This document shows, one piece after another, positions 62,589 through 64,000 of a stretch of 64,000 nucleotides of DNA. This stretch comes from Camelus ferus (Eukaryota): contig NC_045696.1 of assembly GCF_009834535.1 (NCBI RefSeq), forward strand, positions 117,430,001 through 117,494,000. Reading direction: 5' to 3'. Position 1 is the first letter of the stretch. Each line of letters opens with the position of its first letter. The translations under genes and the position numbers were made by a program. Under the pieces are notes generated by a model that saw nothing but the letters and a program-made list of their open reading frames with translations, ran no database searches and had not been told where the DNA came from.

Positions 62589-62732
62589 AGATCATTGTCA
62601 CTGAAAGTGTCAAAATCAGTAAGAATTCTGGAGATGCTCCACCATTCCATAGGCAGCTTTTGCCCTTTTGTTTTACTAGGCAAACTAAAGCTTTAATTTC
62701 CTAGAACCAGAACCTCAAGGAAATTTTTAGCC

Positions 62733-62885
62733 AATCACTCAATCCATCAACAACTATTAAATGAGTTCCCCATCTGGGCCTGAGCGTCTACTGGGAATGA
62801 CAGGAAAGAAAAAGAAGGCCTGGTTCCTGCCTTCAGTAAGCTTGCAATCTCCTCAGAGAGACAAAGCAGACACATTAGAAATATC
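62733..62885 (-). mobile_element. L2 3' end
   Basis: 'atcactcaatccatcaacaactattaaatgag...ctggttcctgccttcagtaagcttgcaatct...gagacaaagcagacac'. Confidence 0.7.
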
Positions 62886-62939
62886 ACATAATTTGTTCCA
62901 TCTGCCAAAAATACAATTTAAATCCAACCTCTTTTGTAA

Positions 62940-64000
62940 CTGATGGGTTACATTGTTGTATCTGATTCATGGCTAGAATTTTAAAATGGAAACATGAGAT
63001 CTCTGTTTTGAGTGTTTGTATGTCATACACGTAAGGTATTGTCAAAATTAATTGGTAAAAGAATTCTATTTAATTGGCTGAAAGGAATTAAGTGCTTATA
63101 TGAATACTCAAAAATATAAAGGAAACTGGCCAAGATGAATTTCAGGCTCACGTTGTCTAAAAAGAATTCAGTGCTGGTTATTAGTATTGAAGCTAGCTTA
63201 AGCTTGTTGGTTTAACTAATATAGACATGTCTTTAGAGTCATCAATGTTAAGTACAATAGTTCTGTTGTACCTGGGCTTATGGGAGGTCAGATAAGACCT
63301 TATTATATCTGTTACAAATTTATCAACAAGGAAAGTAACTCAATGTGAAAAAAAAAAAAAAAAGCTTTCAAAAAAAGAAAAGTAAACAAGAAAAGAGCTT
63401 TGGGGTAAAATCTGTAAGAGTAATCATGTTTTGAGAATGTCTGCCTAAAATTGTCTCTCCAGATTTTGGTACTTGAAACTTAAAACTAAGTTAAAGAGAA
63501 CTCACTGACTATCTGTGTCATTTATAAAACGCTAAAACATTTATTGCTGGGCAGGTCTAAGTTTACCTACCTTTGCTTTCTTAGGAAAAAAAAAAAAAAA
63601 AACTAAAGCATAAGTTTCCAATCAGGAAATGCTGATATGACAACCAATTCACAATTGCCTGCTTCTTGGTTTTTTCTCAGAGATTGAAGGTTTTTAAGGG
63701 TTAAAATTATAATATATGTGATTAAAGCTACTAAAATATTGAAAATATTTCAGTATGCTAAAAAAATAAGATGTGTGTTTTCAGTAAAAAAAAAGATTTG
63801 TGGAAAATAAATACTGAGAAAAGAATTTCATGCATAATCAGAATTTTCTAAGATTGGATTGAATTTAATTAGGTAAAAATGTTTTGTTATCAAAAATAGA
63901 TAAAAAAGACTAGAGTTTTATTCTCTCTGTTAAGAAAACAAAGCTTGCTTAAAATTCTGCTTTTGATAATGGATTCTGCCTGATTCTTTGCCTTTAAGTG
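62940..64000 (+). mobile_element. ERV1 (MER4-group-like) non-coding internal sequence, continuing past the window end
   Basis: AT-rich 'gtatctgattcatggctagaattttaaaatggaaac...gatctctg...ctatttaattggctgaaaggaattaagtgctta...' resembles MER4/MER34-int-type internals. No ORF and no LTR seen at its left edge. Confidence 0.65.

Noticed and set aside
1..64000. CRISPR arrays, operons or other prokaryotic-type systems
   Set aside because: The sequence is repeat-rich mammalian DNA with no regularly spaced direct-repeat array and no gene-dense region.

Overview
Mammalian non-coding DNA (intergenic or deep intronic), almost certainly from a camelid such as alpaca, llama or camel. The lineage call rests on seven copies of the tRNA-Ala-derived Vic-1-type SINE plus several artiodactyl-type L1 3' fragments. 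I find no credible protein-coding gene, RNA gene, CpG island or promoter. ORFs with recognisable content come from L1 ORF2, an L2 reverse-transcriptase remnant or simple repeats. Much of the window is layered transposable elements: old MIR, L2, L1MB/MC/ME, MaLR/ERVL LTRs and hAT/Tigger DNA elements, then younger L1 and Vic-1 insertions with readable target-site duplications (TSDs), and an ERV1-like internal segment at the right edge. Repeat family names are from recalled consensus sequences, not a database search, and boundaries of old elements are approximate. I see no evidence of a novel biological system. The best second-look items are: an ancient L1 with twin-priming inversion geometry; a duplicated, AT-expanded MER102 containing (TAACCC)2; an unclassified ~670 bp block with a 12-bp hairpin; a strong CTCF motif; and several motif-dense, repeat-free candidate enhancers.
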